A DNA stretch of 64,000 nt, taken from assembly GCA_963714015.1 (NCBI GenBank), contig OY970223.1:768001-832000 (forward strand), written 5' to 3'. Position 1 is the first letter of the stretch. Each line of letters begins with the position of its first letter. The DNA is from Vulcanimicrobiota bacterium (GTDB lineage: Bacteria > Vulcanimicrobiota > Vulcanimicrobiia > Vulcanimicrobiales > Vulcanimicrobiaceae). This document shows, one piece after another, positions 1 to 9,987 of the stretch. A program made the translations under genes and the position numbers. The notes below the pieces were generated by a model. That model did not search any database. It was not told the DNA's origin and saw only the letters and a program-made list of their open reading frames with translations.

Positions 1-308
1 CGCCCGAAGCGTCGCCCGTGAACGGGCGGCCGGTGCGGTTACTCCCATGCGCGCCCGGTGCGAGTCCGACGAGCATGATTCGCGCTTGCGGATCGCCGAA
101 CGCCGGAACGGGTTTTCCCCAATACTCCCAATCGCGATACGCGCGCTTTTTCTCTGCGGCTACCTGACGACAGTACGCGCGCAGTTCCGGACACCGCGTG
201 CATCGCACGACGCTGCGCTGAATCAAGTCGAAAGCGGTCGTCATTGGTAGTATCTGCTCTTTTCGGAAACGGCAGCCGCACGGGATCAGGTGCGGTACCG
301 GTCATTCT

Positions 309-3224
309 ATGTTACAACAGAGGTACTCGCCTTCCAGAGGTCCCGCCTTGGCGGTTCGAGACTTCCCATCGACGGAACACATACGGCGCGAAGCGTTGCT
401 GGCGCGATACGGGCGCGTGCACCCTCGCATTCTGGAGCTCGTCGCACCCGCGGGATACGGAAAGAGTACTTTTGCCCGTCAGGTAACCGAAGGTTTGCCG
501 ACGGCCGTGTGTGATTGCTCGGGCGTCACCGATCTCAAAGAGTTAGCCCGGCACCTTCTACGTTCTTTCGCAGAGCTGTGGCCCGACAAGACGTCGTTCT
601 TAATTCAGTGCGAAGTACAGAGTGCGCACGGCCTCTCCGTCGCAGCCGACCTCGCGCTTCAGGCGTGGCGCCAGGAGTGCGCGCCGCACGCCTTTATCAT
701 CGAGAATGCGGAAATGCTTTCCCACATCGACGGAGCGCGCGGCTTCTTCTCGAAGATGCTCGCGACGTCTCCGATTCCGCGAACCCTGATCCTGTGCAGT
801 CGGCAGCGCCTTCCGGTGCGATTCGGCAGATTTGCGTCCGGAAGTGAATTGCTCAGCCTTGGCAGTCTCGACCTCGCCTTCACTGCGCAAGAGTGCGCCC
901 GCGTTTTTTCCGCACATACATTGCCCACAGAGACGCTCGATCGGCTTTTTGACTTCAGCCGCGGCTGGCCAATGCTCGTTGCGCTATTCGAGGGCTTTGC
1001 CCGTGACGGAACGCTCGAACCCTTGCTGCGCCGCTTGGAGACCGTGCCTCTTGAACGCGTGCAACGGCACGTCATCGACGAGGCGTATTCGCGTCTGCCG
1101 CCGCTTATAAAAGAGGCCCTCATCGTTATCGCGCTCGTGCCCGAGACGACTACAACGGACCTTGGAACCGTAATGGGAGACGAAGCGAGCCGGTATGTGT
1201 GCGATTATGTACATTCTTCACCATTTGTGACGCTCCATGGAGGAAAGTTTGCGTTGCATCCGCTTATCGAGGCGATGCTTCGCGAACGATTCTCCAGCCG
1301 CCGCGCCGGGCTTCTGGCGAACCTAGCACGGCGGCATGAGGACGAACGCACTGTGGTGCGCGCGGCGGAACTTCATCTGGCTAACGGCGATCAGGAATCT
1401 GCCGCTCGAAACCTCGATGCGATACCTTGGCTCGAACAGCCTGCGCCTTCGCTGCGAATTGCTCGAATCATCGGGTCGCTGGATCGAAGCGTGCTGATGA
1501 AATTCCCGCAGTTGTGGGGGATATCCGTAGCGTATAGCCGCTTTTCGATCGATCCGATGACGGCCGTCGGCGAGGCGCGCGAGATATTGGCAAAGCTCGG
1601 GGAATCCTCGCCGCCGTCCGAACGCATGCACGTCATTCGTCCGTTGGCGGGCTATCTTAGCCGGCTTGGCATGCATGATGAAGCCTATCGGATGATTTGC
1701 GAGCTGGAACACGCGCTTGAGGTCCCTCGAACGCCGCAAAGCGTCAACGAAGCAGCCGTGCTATACATTCGAATGATGATTGCGGGCAGGCTCGGGCGTT
1801 TGAATGAATCTTTGGAACTTGCCGAACGTGCGCGGCTGCTGTTGCTGCGGCACGATGGGACTGCGGCAATTTACTTGACCGAGCAGGCCTCAGAAGTCAT
1901 GCGCCCGTTGGGACGCCGCGAACAAGAGCGAGCGATGCTTGATGCGGCGATCCAGCGATCGCTGGACGGCCACTACGCCGTGAATGCCGCCTTAGCCCTG
2001 GCGGAGGCATCGTTTGGCGCCTTTCTTGCCGGCGAGGACGTGTTGTTCGAAGGATATGTGCGGGCGCTCAACGAGCAGGTCGAAGCGGATGCGGTTCGGG
2101 GGCTCTGGTACTATGCCGCGGTTGCAAGAGGCGAACGAAACCTTCCTCCTCTCGGTTCGGAGCTGCCCAAGTGGATTGCGTGCGCGCATATCGTGGCCGC
2201 TGCGGCAGCCGAAGATCCGCAAGACGCGCTCACTCACGCTACAGCGGCCCGCGAAGCTGCAATCCGGTATTCATCGCCTTTCGTGCAGGTTATCGCAACG
2301 CTTGTCTACGGTGAGGTATGCCGGGGCCCGCGATCCGTTCATGCCGCGGCGGCATTCGAGTTAGCGCAATCCCTCGAGTCGCCTTCGCTGCATGAATCTT
2401 TGCAGGCGTATATTGCGGGCGACGAAGATATCGGAATGCTCGCGCCTCTGATTCGGCGTTTTAGACGGCCATTGCCCAAGCGTGCGCGGTCGTGTCACCT
2501 GCTCGTGCTCTCGGGAGAGGTTATTGTCGACTCCGATCGCATCGCGCTCTCGGATCGCAAAATGGAAGTACTCACCGTCCTTGCGGTATCGCGCCACGGT
2601 ATGTCGCGCGAGTCTATTCTGGAACGAGTATGGCCGGCTCTCCCGGGAGCGGCTGCGCTCAACGCCTTCAATCTATGCATCCACCAGTTGCGAAGGATCC
2701 TGGGAGAAGAAGCGATTCTCCTCGTGCGGGACCGCTATAGGCTTGGGGACAACGTGCGCGTCGATATTCGCCAGATCGAAGAGTTTCTCCCAGCCGTCGA
2801 TATGCGTGCCGACCTGAGCGTCAGTCAGTTGGCGGTGCTCGAGCGTTTCCACGCGCAGATCCAACAGCCGTTTCCTGAGCGTTACGAATCGTGGGTATGG
2901 TTTGGCGAGACCGAACGGCGTATTGAAGAGTTGCGCTGCGACGTTGTGGCAAAGCTGGCGGATGCGGCGCTGCGCCGGTGTGACTTCCCGAAGGCGCTTG
3001 CGCTGGCGCGCGATATTCTCGAACACGATCCGTGCGACGAGCCGGCCAGAGAGATTGCTATCCGCGCGTACGTCGCCTCCGGCGATCAGGCGGCCGCCTT
3101 CCGAGAGTATCGCCGCTATCGAAACGTTCTTATGGAGGAGCTCGGCGCGGCGCCCGCCCTGGTGCTCGAGACCCTTCTCCTCCCGCTCGATCCTGCAAAG
3201 CAGTTGGAAAGTATCGTGCGATAG
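309..3224 (+). CDS. Large MalT-like/STAND ATPase-TPR transcriptional regulator with C-terminal wHTH and BTAD (SARP-type) domain
   Basis: 971-aa ORF. N-terminal Walker A (APAGYGKST), GWP motif, helical middle. C-terminus has LSDRKMEVLTVLA...SRESILERVWP (wHTH) and DPCDEPAREIAIRAYVASGDQAAAFREYRRY...ELGAAP (BTAD). Confidence 0.85.
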   Translation: MLQQRYSPSRGPALAVRDFPSTEHIRREALLARYGRVHPRILELVAPAGYGKSTFARQVTEGLPTAVCDCSGVTDLKELARHLLRSFAELWPDKTSFLIQCEVQSAHGLSVAADLALQAWRQECAPHAFIIENAEMLSHIDGARGFFSKMLATSPIPRTLILCSRQRLPVRFGRFASGSELLSLGSLDLAFTAQECARVFSAHTLPTETLDRLFDFSRGWPMLVALFEGFARDGTLEPLLRRLETVPLERVQRHVIDEAYSRLPPLIKEALIVIALVPETTTTDLGTVMGDEASRYVCDYVHSSPFVTLHGGKFALHPLIEAMLRERFSSRRAGLLANLARRHEDERTVVRAAELHLANGDQESAARNLDAIPWLEQPAPSLRIARIIGSLDRSVLMKFPQLWGISVAYSRFSIDPMTAVGEAREILAKLGESSPPSERMHVIRPLAGYLSRLGMHDEAYRMICELEHALEVPRTPQSVNEAAVLYIRMMIAGRLGRLNESLELAERARLLLLRHDGTAAIYLTEQASEVMRPLGRREQERAMLDAAIQRSLDGHYAVNAALALAEASFGAFLAGEDVLFEGYVRALNEQVEADAVRGLWYYAAVARGERNLPPLGSELPKWIACAHIVAAAAAEDPQDALTHATAAREAAIRYSSPFVQVIATLVYGEVCRGPRSVHAAAAFELAQSLESPSLHESLQAYIAGDEDIGMLAPLIRRFRRPLPKRARSCHLLVLSGEVIVDSDRIALSDRKMEVLTVLAVSRHGMSRESILERVWPALPGAAALNAFNLCIHQLRRILGEEAILLVRDRYRLGDNVRVDIRQIEEFLPAVDMRADLSVSQLAVLERFHAQIQQPFPERYESWVWFGETERRIEELRCDVVAKLADAALRRCDFPKALALARDILEHDPCDEPAREIAIRAYVASGDQAAAFREYRRYRNVLMEELGAAPALVLETLLLPLDPAKQLESIVR

Positions 3225-3258
3225 GCTCGGCTTCACTAGCAATAGGAGGCATTCGGTC

Positions 3259-3783
3259 ATGATTACAGTTCTTCGAAGCTGCGTGCTTGGCGCGCTCCTT
3301 CTCGCCTCCGCGTGCGGAGGAAGCTCCGGCGTGGCGGGTACGCCCGTGGTGACTGCCGCGGCCGGTCCGAATTTCAATTCGACCTTTGGAGGCTTTATGG
3401 AAATAACCGGCGGCAATCCGCCGGCTTCCATCACGTTGATCGGCACCGGCATCGGCAGCGATTCCACCGGTGCCAGCCATGCAACGTTTACGCAAACCGT
3501 CGTCTTTGCGACGACCCCCAATCAAATCAATAACGGGAAGTTCGCCTTCAATTACGCCGACGGTTCGACGCTGGCCGGAACCTACTCGGGCACGGCGACG
3601 CCGCCGGACAGTCACGGGAACACGCAGGGCAGCGGTTCGTTCGCCGTTACTACCGGGTCAGGGCGGTTTTCCAAGGCCGCGGGAAACACGGGGACGTGGA
3701 CCGTGACCGCTCAGATTGCCCCGCAAGGTTCGAATCCTGCGGGCACAATCAGTGTGAACTTCGTAGGCACGCTGACCCTATGA
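3259..3783 (+). CDS. Putative lipoprotein, beta-rich, Gly/Thr/Ser-rich
   Basis: AGGAGG RBS upstream of ATG 3259; signal peptide with lipobox-like LASAC-GG. Confidence 0.7.
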   Translation: MITVLRSCVLGALLLASACGGSSGVAGTPVVTAAAGPNFNSTFGGFMEITGGNPPASITLIGTGIGSDSTGASHATFTQTVVFATTPNQINNGKFAFNYADGSTLAGTYSGTATPPDSHGNTQGSGSFAVTTGSGRFSKAAGNTGTWTVTAQIAPQGSNPAGTISVNFVGTLTL

Positions 3784-4610
3784 TTCTGTTCGTCGGCGCG
3801 ACGGGTCAGCTCGGCGAAATCATCGCGCGCAAGCTTCTTTATCGCGTAGAGAAGGTGCGAGCGTTAGTCCGCGAAGGCTCGGATTATCATTGGATCCGCG
3901 AATCCGGCGGTGAATGCGCGATTGGCGACCTCAAGGATCGTGCATCGGTCTTCGGTGCATTCGATCGCATCGATCGTGTCGTTACAACTGCCAATTCCGT
4001 ACGGCGGCGCGCGCCGGATACGATCGAGAGCGTGGACATCCAGGGAACCTGCAATCTCATCGACGCAGCAGCACGCGGTGGCGTCGAACGGTTTTTGTAC
4101 GTATCGGCGTATGGCGCCGCGCTCGACAGCCCCTCACCGCTGCTTTCGGCAAAAGCGTACATCGAGGCGTACTTACGCAATTCGCAGGTGCCTTACACGA
4201 TCGTGCGGCCGAATCTGTTCATGGACGTGTGGGCGGAGAACGTCGTCGGTAAACCCGCGCGCGAGGGAAAAGGCGTTTGGTTTGCAGGCGATGGTCAGCG
4301 TCGTCACGCCATGGTCGCGTGCGCGGACGTCGCGGAGATCGCGGTCCGGGCGCTGTTTGACGACGACGCCCGGTGCAGCACCTTACAGATTGGCGGGCCG
4401 GCGGCCGTTTCGTGGAATGACGTTGTGAACGCCTACGAACGCGCACTCGGACATCCAATCGAGCGAGCTGCGCAGCCCGATCCGATGCCCGAGACAATGC
4501 TGCAGTTACTGCGTTCGCTCGACCAATTCGACTCGACGATCGACATGAGCGCTATCATTGCGCGGTACGGTATAACGCTCATGACGATCGATCGGTTTGC
4601 GCTTATGTAG
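3780..4610 (+). CDS. NAD(P)-binding NmrA/atypical SDR-family oxidoreductase
   Basis: ATGA overlap with the upstream gene; ILFVGATGQLG Rossmann motif; YTIVRPNLFMD. Confidence 0.85.
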   Translation: MILFVGATGQLGEIIARKLLYRVEKVRALVREGSDYHWIRESGGECAIGDLKDRASVFGAFDRIDRVVTTANSVRRRAPDTIESVDIQGTCNLIDAAARGGVERFLYVSAYGAALDSPSPLLSAKAYIEAYLRNSQVPYTIVRPNLFMDVWAENVVGKPAREGKGVWFAGDGQRRHAMVACADVAEIAVRALFDDDARCSTLQIGGPAAVSWNDVVNAYERALGHPIERAAQPDPMPETMLQLLRSLDQFDSTIDMSAIIARYGITLMTIDRFALM

Positions 4611-4641
4611 ATGTGCAAACGTGTTTTCGTGACCGCGCGCT

Positions 4642-6249
4642 TTATGGAACTATGGTAAAGTAGCCTCGTTGCACGCTTAATGGAGCGGCCCATGTTGCAA
4701 TCGTATTCCCAAGGACGTCCGTTTCGTTCATGATGCCAAATGTCATGAAATGCAGATAACCTGTACTGTCGGATGCGATGCCCACGGAGTGAGGCAACTC
4801 ATTTATCTCAAACGATATCAATCGACTTCCGTCAAGAACGGAATATCCGCTGACGAACTGGTGTACTTGGTACGTATAAACATAGACGGCACTGGCGACC
4901 GGATCATAGGCTATCCTTCCCCCGTTAAGGGTTCCCCCATCCAATGATAACGAAGATGAAATGCTGGCGCCGGTTAACGAAAAGACAGAGATTGCCCCGC
5001 CAAGTTCGTTACCAGTGTAGTCGACGATATAGAGGTTGTTGAGGCCATACGCGATGCCGGCCGGCGAAGTGAGGTCTTGAAATGAGTTTGGTGGTGTTAC
5101 ATCGTCGCCTTCGGGATCATATTCCTTCACCCCATTGGAACCCAAGGCCCCGTAGAAGCGGTCGTTTGCTGCGACATACTGGAGATCGGAAAATCCCGAT
5201 CCCGGAGTAAACGAACCAGTAAGTGTTTGGGCGTTGCCGTTCAGGTCCCAAGCAAAAACCCCTTGCGGGTTGGAACAGTTGCTGTAGATGTAGTTGTTTG
5301 TCGAATCGAATGTCGTAGCGTAGCACTCTCCCGACCCCGGAAACGAGTTCGTAGTCGTTATGACATTGCCGTCCTGATCTGTAACGGCCATTCCGCTCAT
5401 GCTCTCCGGAAAAACGAAGGCCGCCTTTGTAGCGATTGCCAGCGATGCTCCGGTCGTGGCTCCGCTCGGCAAGGGCGTCGGCCCCGTTGTCACGCAATGT
5501 TGTGATGAACCCGACACGGACTCCGCCGCGCCGTCCGGCATCGCCGAAATGGCGCTGACGGCAAACGTATTGTTTCCCGTGGGCACGACCTGCAAGGCTG
5601 AGCCGCCGTCTTGAGACATTGACACAGGTGGTACGAAGCCAGGGGCCACAATCACGTTACCGTACATATCCTCAGCGTTGGCGACGATTTGCTGCGGCAG
5701 CGTCCCGACAAGAACGTTGACGGGTTGTCCATAAACGTTCTCGGTTTCTGCGTAATTCGGGTTCGTGGGCACAAAGTTGAGGCCGATTTGCGTGCAGATA
5801 CCGTCGATGGTCGCGCCGATCGTGTTGAGCACATTTGGTTGAATGCCTTGGCTGAGCTGCGTTTGGCCAAGCACGTTGCCTTGACCGTCAGGCTCGTCGA
5901 ACGTCTTAATGAGAAACGTGTCGGTGCCCAGCGGCGCGTCGATGTTCACCGTGGAGAACCCGCCGTTGGCCGGCTTATTCGTCACTTGCGCCAATTGCTG
6001 GTCATTATTGACGTCTATCGAAACGCTTAGCGCGGACGGGGAAACGAAATCCCGATGACGCAGTCCTTTAGCCGCTGTTTTCGACGGCCAGTGCATCGTG
6101 AAGACGGCCTGACCGATTGGGACGGACGGTTTCGTAACGAAGTTTCCAGGGATGGCCGTGCTACCGTGTCCGCCGCAACCGGCTAGGGCGATCGCCAGAG
6201 AGACGGCAACGGCGCCGAAACGGATCTTGCGATGTGCGTTGCCGTTCAT
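4642..6249 (-). CDS. Putative surface lipoprotein with C-terminal NHL/beta-propeller-like repeats
   Basis: 535 aa; lipobox LAGC-GG; repeated motifs such as SPAGIAYGLNNLYIVD and PHSVGIASDSTG. Confidence 0.65.
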   Translation of the reverse strand: MNGNAHRKIRFGAVAVSLAIALAGCGGHGSTAIPGNFVTKPSVPIGQAVFTMHWPSKTAAKGLRHRDFVSPSALSVSIDVNNDQQLAQVTNKPANGGFSTVNIDAPLGTDTFLIKTFDEPDGQGNVLGQTQLSQGIQPNVLNTIGATIDGICTQIGLNFVPTNPNYAETENVYGQPVNVLVGTLPQQIVANAEDMYGNVIVAPGFVPPVSMSQDGGSALQVVPTGNNTFAVSAISAMPDGAAESVSGSSQHCVTTGPTPLPSGATTGASLAIATKAAFVFPESMSGMAVTDQDGNVITTTNSFPGSGECYATTFDSTNNYIYSNCSNPQGVFAWDLNGNAQTLTGSFTPGSGFSDLQYVAANDRFYGALGSNGVKEYDPEGDDVTPPNSFQDLTSPAGIAYGLNNLYIVDYTGNELGGAISVFSLTGASISSSLSLDGGTLNGGRIAYDPVASAVYVYTYQVHQFVSGYSVLDGSRLISFEINELPHSVGIASDSTGYLHFMTFGIMNETDVLGNTIATWAAPLSVQRGYFTIVP

Positions 6250-6689
6250 TGTATATTCCCCTGTGTGATCGTGACGCCCGCTGCGACGGTTGCCGTGCGT
6301 CCGTTAGCGTCGGAGATCGTTACCGTGCACGCCCCCGGACTGACCGCCTGCAGAAGGAAAAAGTACGTAGATAGGTTCAGCGGCTGGGAGGGTTGTCCAA
6401 GCGCCACTGACTGGGTGCTGCCGGTGCAGTCGAGATTGAACGAAAAGCCGCCGGTATAGTTGCGCTCGACCGCGTAAAAGTATGCCTGCTGGCCAACCGC
6501 CGTGAACGCAACGGTCAGTTTGTTGAGCGCGAGCCCCCCGGGCACGCCCGCGTCCGCCGACGCAATCTGATAGAGCCCGAGGTCGTTTGGCGGTTGCGAG
6601 ACCGGCGTGGGGCCCGCAGAGCCGCCTACACCGCAGCCGGCGATCAGCGACACTCCAGCCGCCAGAAAAATGGATTGAAGACCTTTCAT
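6246..6689 (-). CDS. Putative lipoprotein (small Ig-like)
   Basis: 147 aa; lipobox LIAGC; GACTVTISDANG motif; overlaps the start of the downstream lipoprotein; GGGAG RBS. Confidence 0.65.
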   Translation of the reverse strand: MKGLQSIFLAAGVSLIAGCGVGGSAGPTPVSQPPNDLGLYQIASADAGVPGGLALNKLTVAFTAVGQQAYFYAVERNYTGGFSFNLDCTGSTQSVALGQPSQPLNLSTYFFLLQAVSPGACTVTISDANGRTATVAAGVTITQGNIQ

Positions 6690-6758
6690 GACAGAACTCC
6701 CTGCAAATAGAAGGTGCCATGATTGTCGAGCGCCAGACTTTCCGCTAACTTTCCAACC

Positions 6759-7271
6759 TTACCGCATCCCCGGAAAACCGAGGCGCGCAAGCGCAGCGTA
6801 GGCTACGACGCCCACGGCAGTGGAGAGGTTGATGCTGCGCACGGTGCCGGGGCGCTGCGGAATGCGCAAGGCTCGCTGAGGATTCGCGTCGAGCAAGGCT
6901 TGCGGCAACCCCTTCGTTTCCTTGCCGAAAACGAGCACGTCGCCCATTGCGAACTCCGCATCGGCGTAGCAATTCGACGCGCGGGTTGAGAGGAACCAGC
7001 GGTTCATGCCGGCGGTTCGTTCGAGAAACTCGTCGACCGAAGGATGTATAACCACGCCCAAATGCTTCCAGTAATCCAATCCGGCGCGCTTGAGGCGGCG
7101 ATCGTCGATGGTGAATCCCATGGGTTCGATCAGGTGCAGGCGGCACCCGGTTGCCGCGCACAAACGAGCGACGTTTCCGGTGTTCGGCGGAATCTCCGGT
7201 TCGATCAGCGCGACGTGCAGCGGCACACTCGCTCCAAGATCCCCAAAGACGCGATCGGCCGGCTGCGTCAT
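6759..7271 (-). CDS. trmL: tRNA (cytidine/uridine-34-2'-O)-methyltransferase
   Basis: PEIPPNTGN, RAGLDYW, FGKETKGLP and RSINLS SPOUT motifs. Confidence 0.93.
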   Translation of the reverse strand: MTQPADRVFGDLGASVPLHVALIEPEIPPNTGNVARLCAATGCRLHLIEPMGFTIDDRRLKRAGLDYWKHLGVVIHPSVDEFLERTAGMNRWFLSTRASNCYADAEFAMGDVLVFGKETKGLPQALLDANPQRALRIPQRPGTVRSINLSTAVGVVAYAALARLGFPGMR

Positions 7272-8134
7272 GCGTTGACGATCGGCAGAAAGTCGATGCC
7301 CACCGGGGCGATAGCGTAAGCAACGCCGTCGTTGCGAATCCACAGTTGCTCGAGCGCCGCTCGAGGATAGACGACGCGCACGTGCGGCGCAGCCGGATCG
7401 TTCACCGCACAGTCGCCGTTCGCCGTAAAGCCGCAGAGCACCGCGAGATGACCCTGCGAATGCTCGATCGGAGCACCCGGCAATTCGCCCTCGCGCCACC
7501 CGTACGAGATCGGCAGCGGCATGCCGAGTTCGATCAGGCGCTGGGCGTGATCCAAATTGCGCAAATACACGACGTGGGCGCGCAAGCCGAGTTCACCGCT
7601 GAACGCGGTACTGAAGGCCCAATTCCCGGTGCCGTTGTACGCGCGGTCGAAGATCTTCGTCGCCGTACTGGGCACGTCGCCGTCTAACCCGTGGTACGCA
7701 TTGACCATCGAAAGCGAAGCCGCGCTGCACCAGCCGCGTTCGCCCTCGACGGCGTATTGCGATCGCGCCGGCACGTCCAATATCCGGGCATCGCCGATGT
7801 ACGGCAACGACGCCGAATTATGGACCGGAGAAGCAAAGGCGACCGACTTGAAATCGACTCCCGGCGCTCGCACTTCGAGTCCGTCGAACGGATGCATGGA
7901 CCGGATCACATCCACGTCGATCCGCACCTCGGGATGCTCGGGCGAAAACGATTGCCGTCCCTCCGGCGACCAATGGGCATACGTCATCCACGGCGACGCC
8001 GCAGAATGCGCGCGCATCAGCCGCACCGCGATCTCGCCCGAGTCCGAAAAGCTGTTCCAACTCAAAACGCCTTCGCGCGCCGGCTCGAACGTGAGCGTCG
8101 CAAAATCTTCAACGTCGGTTTTGAGTGCAAGCAC
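7268..8134 (-). CDS. C39-like (papain-fold) peptidase
   Basis: SQY...GWCSAASLSMV (Cys), GHLAV (His), VNDPA (Asp); TGNWAFS motif. Confidence 0.8.
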   Translation of the reverse strand: MLALKTDVEDFATLTFEPAREGVLSWNSFSDSGEIAVRLMRAHSAASPWMTYAHWSPEGRQSFSPEHPEVRIDVDVIRSMHPFDGLEVRAPGVDFKSVAFASPVHNSASLPYIGDARILDVPARSQYAVEGERGWCSAASLSMVNAYHGLDGDVPSTATKIFDRAYNGTGNWAFSTAFSGELGLRAHVVYLRNLDHAQRLIELGMPLPISYGWREGELPGAPIEHSQGHLAVLCGFTANGDCAVNDPAAPHVRVVYPRAALEQLWIRNDGVAYAIAPVGIDFLPIVNA

Positions 8135-8162
8135 GCAGTTCGTATTATCCCCTCAATCGGAC

Positions 8163-8357
8163 TTTATTGACGGGTTGGTTTGGGAGGCCGGCTCCCGGCT
8201 GCGGGGCGCGCTCGGACTTTTTCGCGTAAGACAGGATGTCGATTTCAAAACTTCGTTCACGCGAAAAAGCCGCGCGAACAGGAAATTCACACGATGTGAA
8301 TTACGGAGTGGCGACATGCAGCCGGGAGCCGGCCTCCCAAACCAACCCGTCAATAAA
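8163..8357. repeat. ~195-bp intergenic element bounded by perfect 40-bp inverted repeats, with internal hairpins
   Basis: 8163-8202 (tttattgacgggttggtttgggaggccggctcccggctgc) is the exact reverse complement of 8318-8357. Internal stems: ctttttcgcgt/acgcgaaaaag and aattcac/gtgaatt. Confidence 0.85.
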
Positions 8358-8358
8358 A

Positions 8359-9987
8359 TCAGATCCGCCACTCCCAGCAATTCCACATGTCGGCGACGAA
8401 GGCCGCGGGTTTGTAGTTTTGAAGGTCGGTGTTCTTGGCGGTGTACGCGTTTTCCCAATAGAGAAACATCGCGGGCACGTCGGCATGGATGCGCTCTTCT
8501 TCGCGCTGATAGAGCGCTTTGCGCGCGGCGTGGTCGAAGGTGCGAAGAGCGGCGTCGGAGGTTTGGTCGACGACGGGATCGCGCAGCCACGACGTGTTCG
8601 CGCCATGCGGCGGAATGTAGCGGCTGTCCCCAAAGCCCCGAGTTGTCCGGGTCCGGAGCGTTCGTGTCGACGGACCATTCCAGATCGTAGCTGGCCCGTG
8701 TAGAGCGGACCGTCTTGCGCGAAGAGCAGGTTCACGGGATAGTTGCGGATCGCGAGATCGATGCCGAGCGGACGTAGATCGCTTTGGATCTGCACTTCCG
8801 CTTGCGCGTTCGGCTGATTGTTCGTGCCGGTAGAAATCGTCAGGTGCATCGCCAGCGGGCCTTTGTGCAGCACGCCGTCGCTGCCCATCGTCCAGCCGGC
8901 TTGCGCAAGCAGCGCTTTCGCGTGCGCCGGATCGTAGCGGTACGGCGGGATTGTCGGCGCCGCCCAGGACTGCGGAAAGACGTCGCTCACGGCAAGCTGA
9001 TTGACGCCATGGTAGACGGTGTCGTTGATGCGCTTCCAATCGACGCCTTCGGCGATGGCCAAGCGCACGCGGAAGGCCGCTCAGCTGCGGGCGGCTCATG
9101 TTGATCCCCAGGTGGCGCCAGTTCGCGACTAGCCGGTGCGTCACGGTAATTCCCGAAATGTTGCGAAAGCTGCGGAATGTGCACTTGATCGACGTCGCTG
9201 TATACGTCGATCTCGTGCGTCTGCAGTTGCGTGAACAGCGTGTTCGTGTCGGGAATGACTTTCCACAGCACTTCTTTGACTTTCGGCGCGCCGCGGAAAT
9301 AGTAGCGGTTGGGCACGAAAGAAAGCCACGCGCCGTGATTCCATTCGCGCAGAACGTACGGGCCGCTGGAGACGGGATGCTGGTTGAAACTCGCGCGATT
9401 GATGTCGGGAAGGGCGGCGAGCAGATGCGCGGGCAGCGGGGGATAGCCGTTCCGCCCATTGAGAAAATGCCGAGGATCGTGGCGTTCGGTTGCTTGAGAT
9501 GCACGATCACGGTCTGTGGATTCGGCGCGGATGCGGAGGCGATGTCGTCCCAGTTGGCGAGCGATTTCGTGTTGTTGCGCGGATTGAGCACGGCGTGGTA
9601 CGTGAACATCCAATCGGCTGCAGTGAGCGGGGCACCGTCGGACCAGCGCGCGCCGGCGCGCAAATGAAACGTCAGCGTCTTGCCGTCTTTGCTGATGCCG
9701 CCGTTGGCGTAACTCGGCACCTGCGTCGCAAGATCCGGGATCAAATTCCCGTCCGCGTCGTAGCGAAGTAAGTAGCTGAAGAGCATCGCGTCCGCTTCGT
9801 CGGTCGCGGTCGTGTGGCCGAACATCGGATTCAAACTATCGGGTTCGTCCGGTTCGCCCAGCCGAAGGACGCCCGACTGCGTCCACGCATTGTGGCCCGC
9901 CGTTTGCGTGTTGACTGCGGGCCGCGCGCAACTTGAGAACAACAGGGCGCAGATCGCAATGGAAGCGGCGCGCAATAGCCGGATCAT
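8359..9987 (-). CDS. Peptide ABC transporter substrate-binding lipoprotein (SBP family 5, OppA/DppA-like); several apparent indels
   Basis: Lipobox LFSSC; EPDSLNP, PDLA..VPS, WSDGAPLTAAD, SGPYVLREW and YDPAHAKALL across three frames; ends WNCWEWRI. Confidence 0.85.
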   Translation of the reverse strand: MIRLLRAASIAICALLFSSCARPAVNTQTAGHNAWTQSGVLRLGEPDEPDSLNPMFGHTTATDEADAMLFSYLLRYDADGNLIPDLATQVPSYANGGISKDGKTLTFHLRAGARWSDGAPLTAADWMFTYHAVLNPRNNTKSLANWDDIASASAPNPQTVIVHLKQPNATILGIFSMGGTAIPRCPRICSPPFPTSIARVSTSIPSPAARTFCANGITARGFLSCPTATISAARRKSKKCCGKSFPTRTRCSRNCRRTRSTYTATSIKCTFRSFRNISGITVTHRLVANWRHLGINMSRPQLSGLPRALGHRRRRRLEAHQRHRLPWRQSACRERRLSAVLGGADNPAVPLRSGARESAACASRLDDGQRRRAAQRPAGDAPDDFYRHEQSAERASGSADPKRSTSARHRSRDPQLSREPALRARRSALHGPATIWNGPSTRTLRTRTTRGFGDSRYIPPHGANTSWLRDPVVDQTSDAALRTFDHAARKALYQREEERIHADVPAMFLYWENAYTAKNTDLQNYKPAAFVADMWNCWEWRI

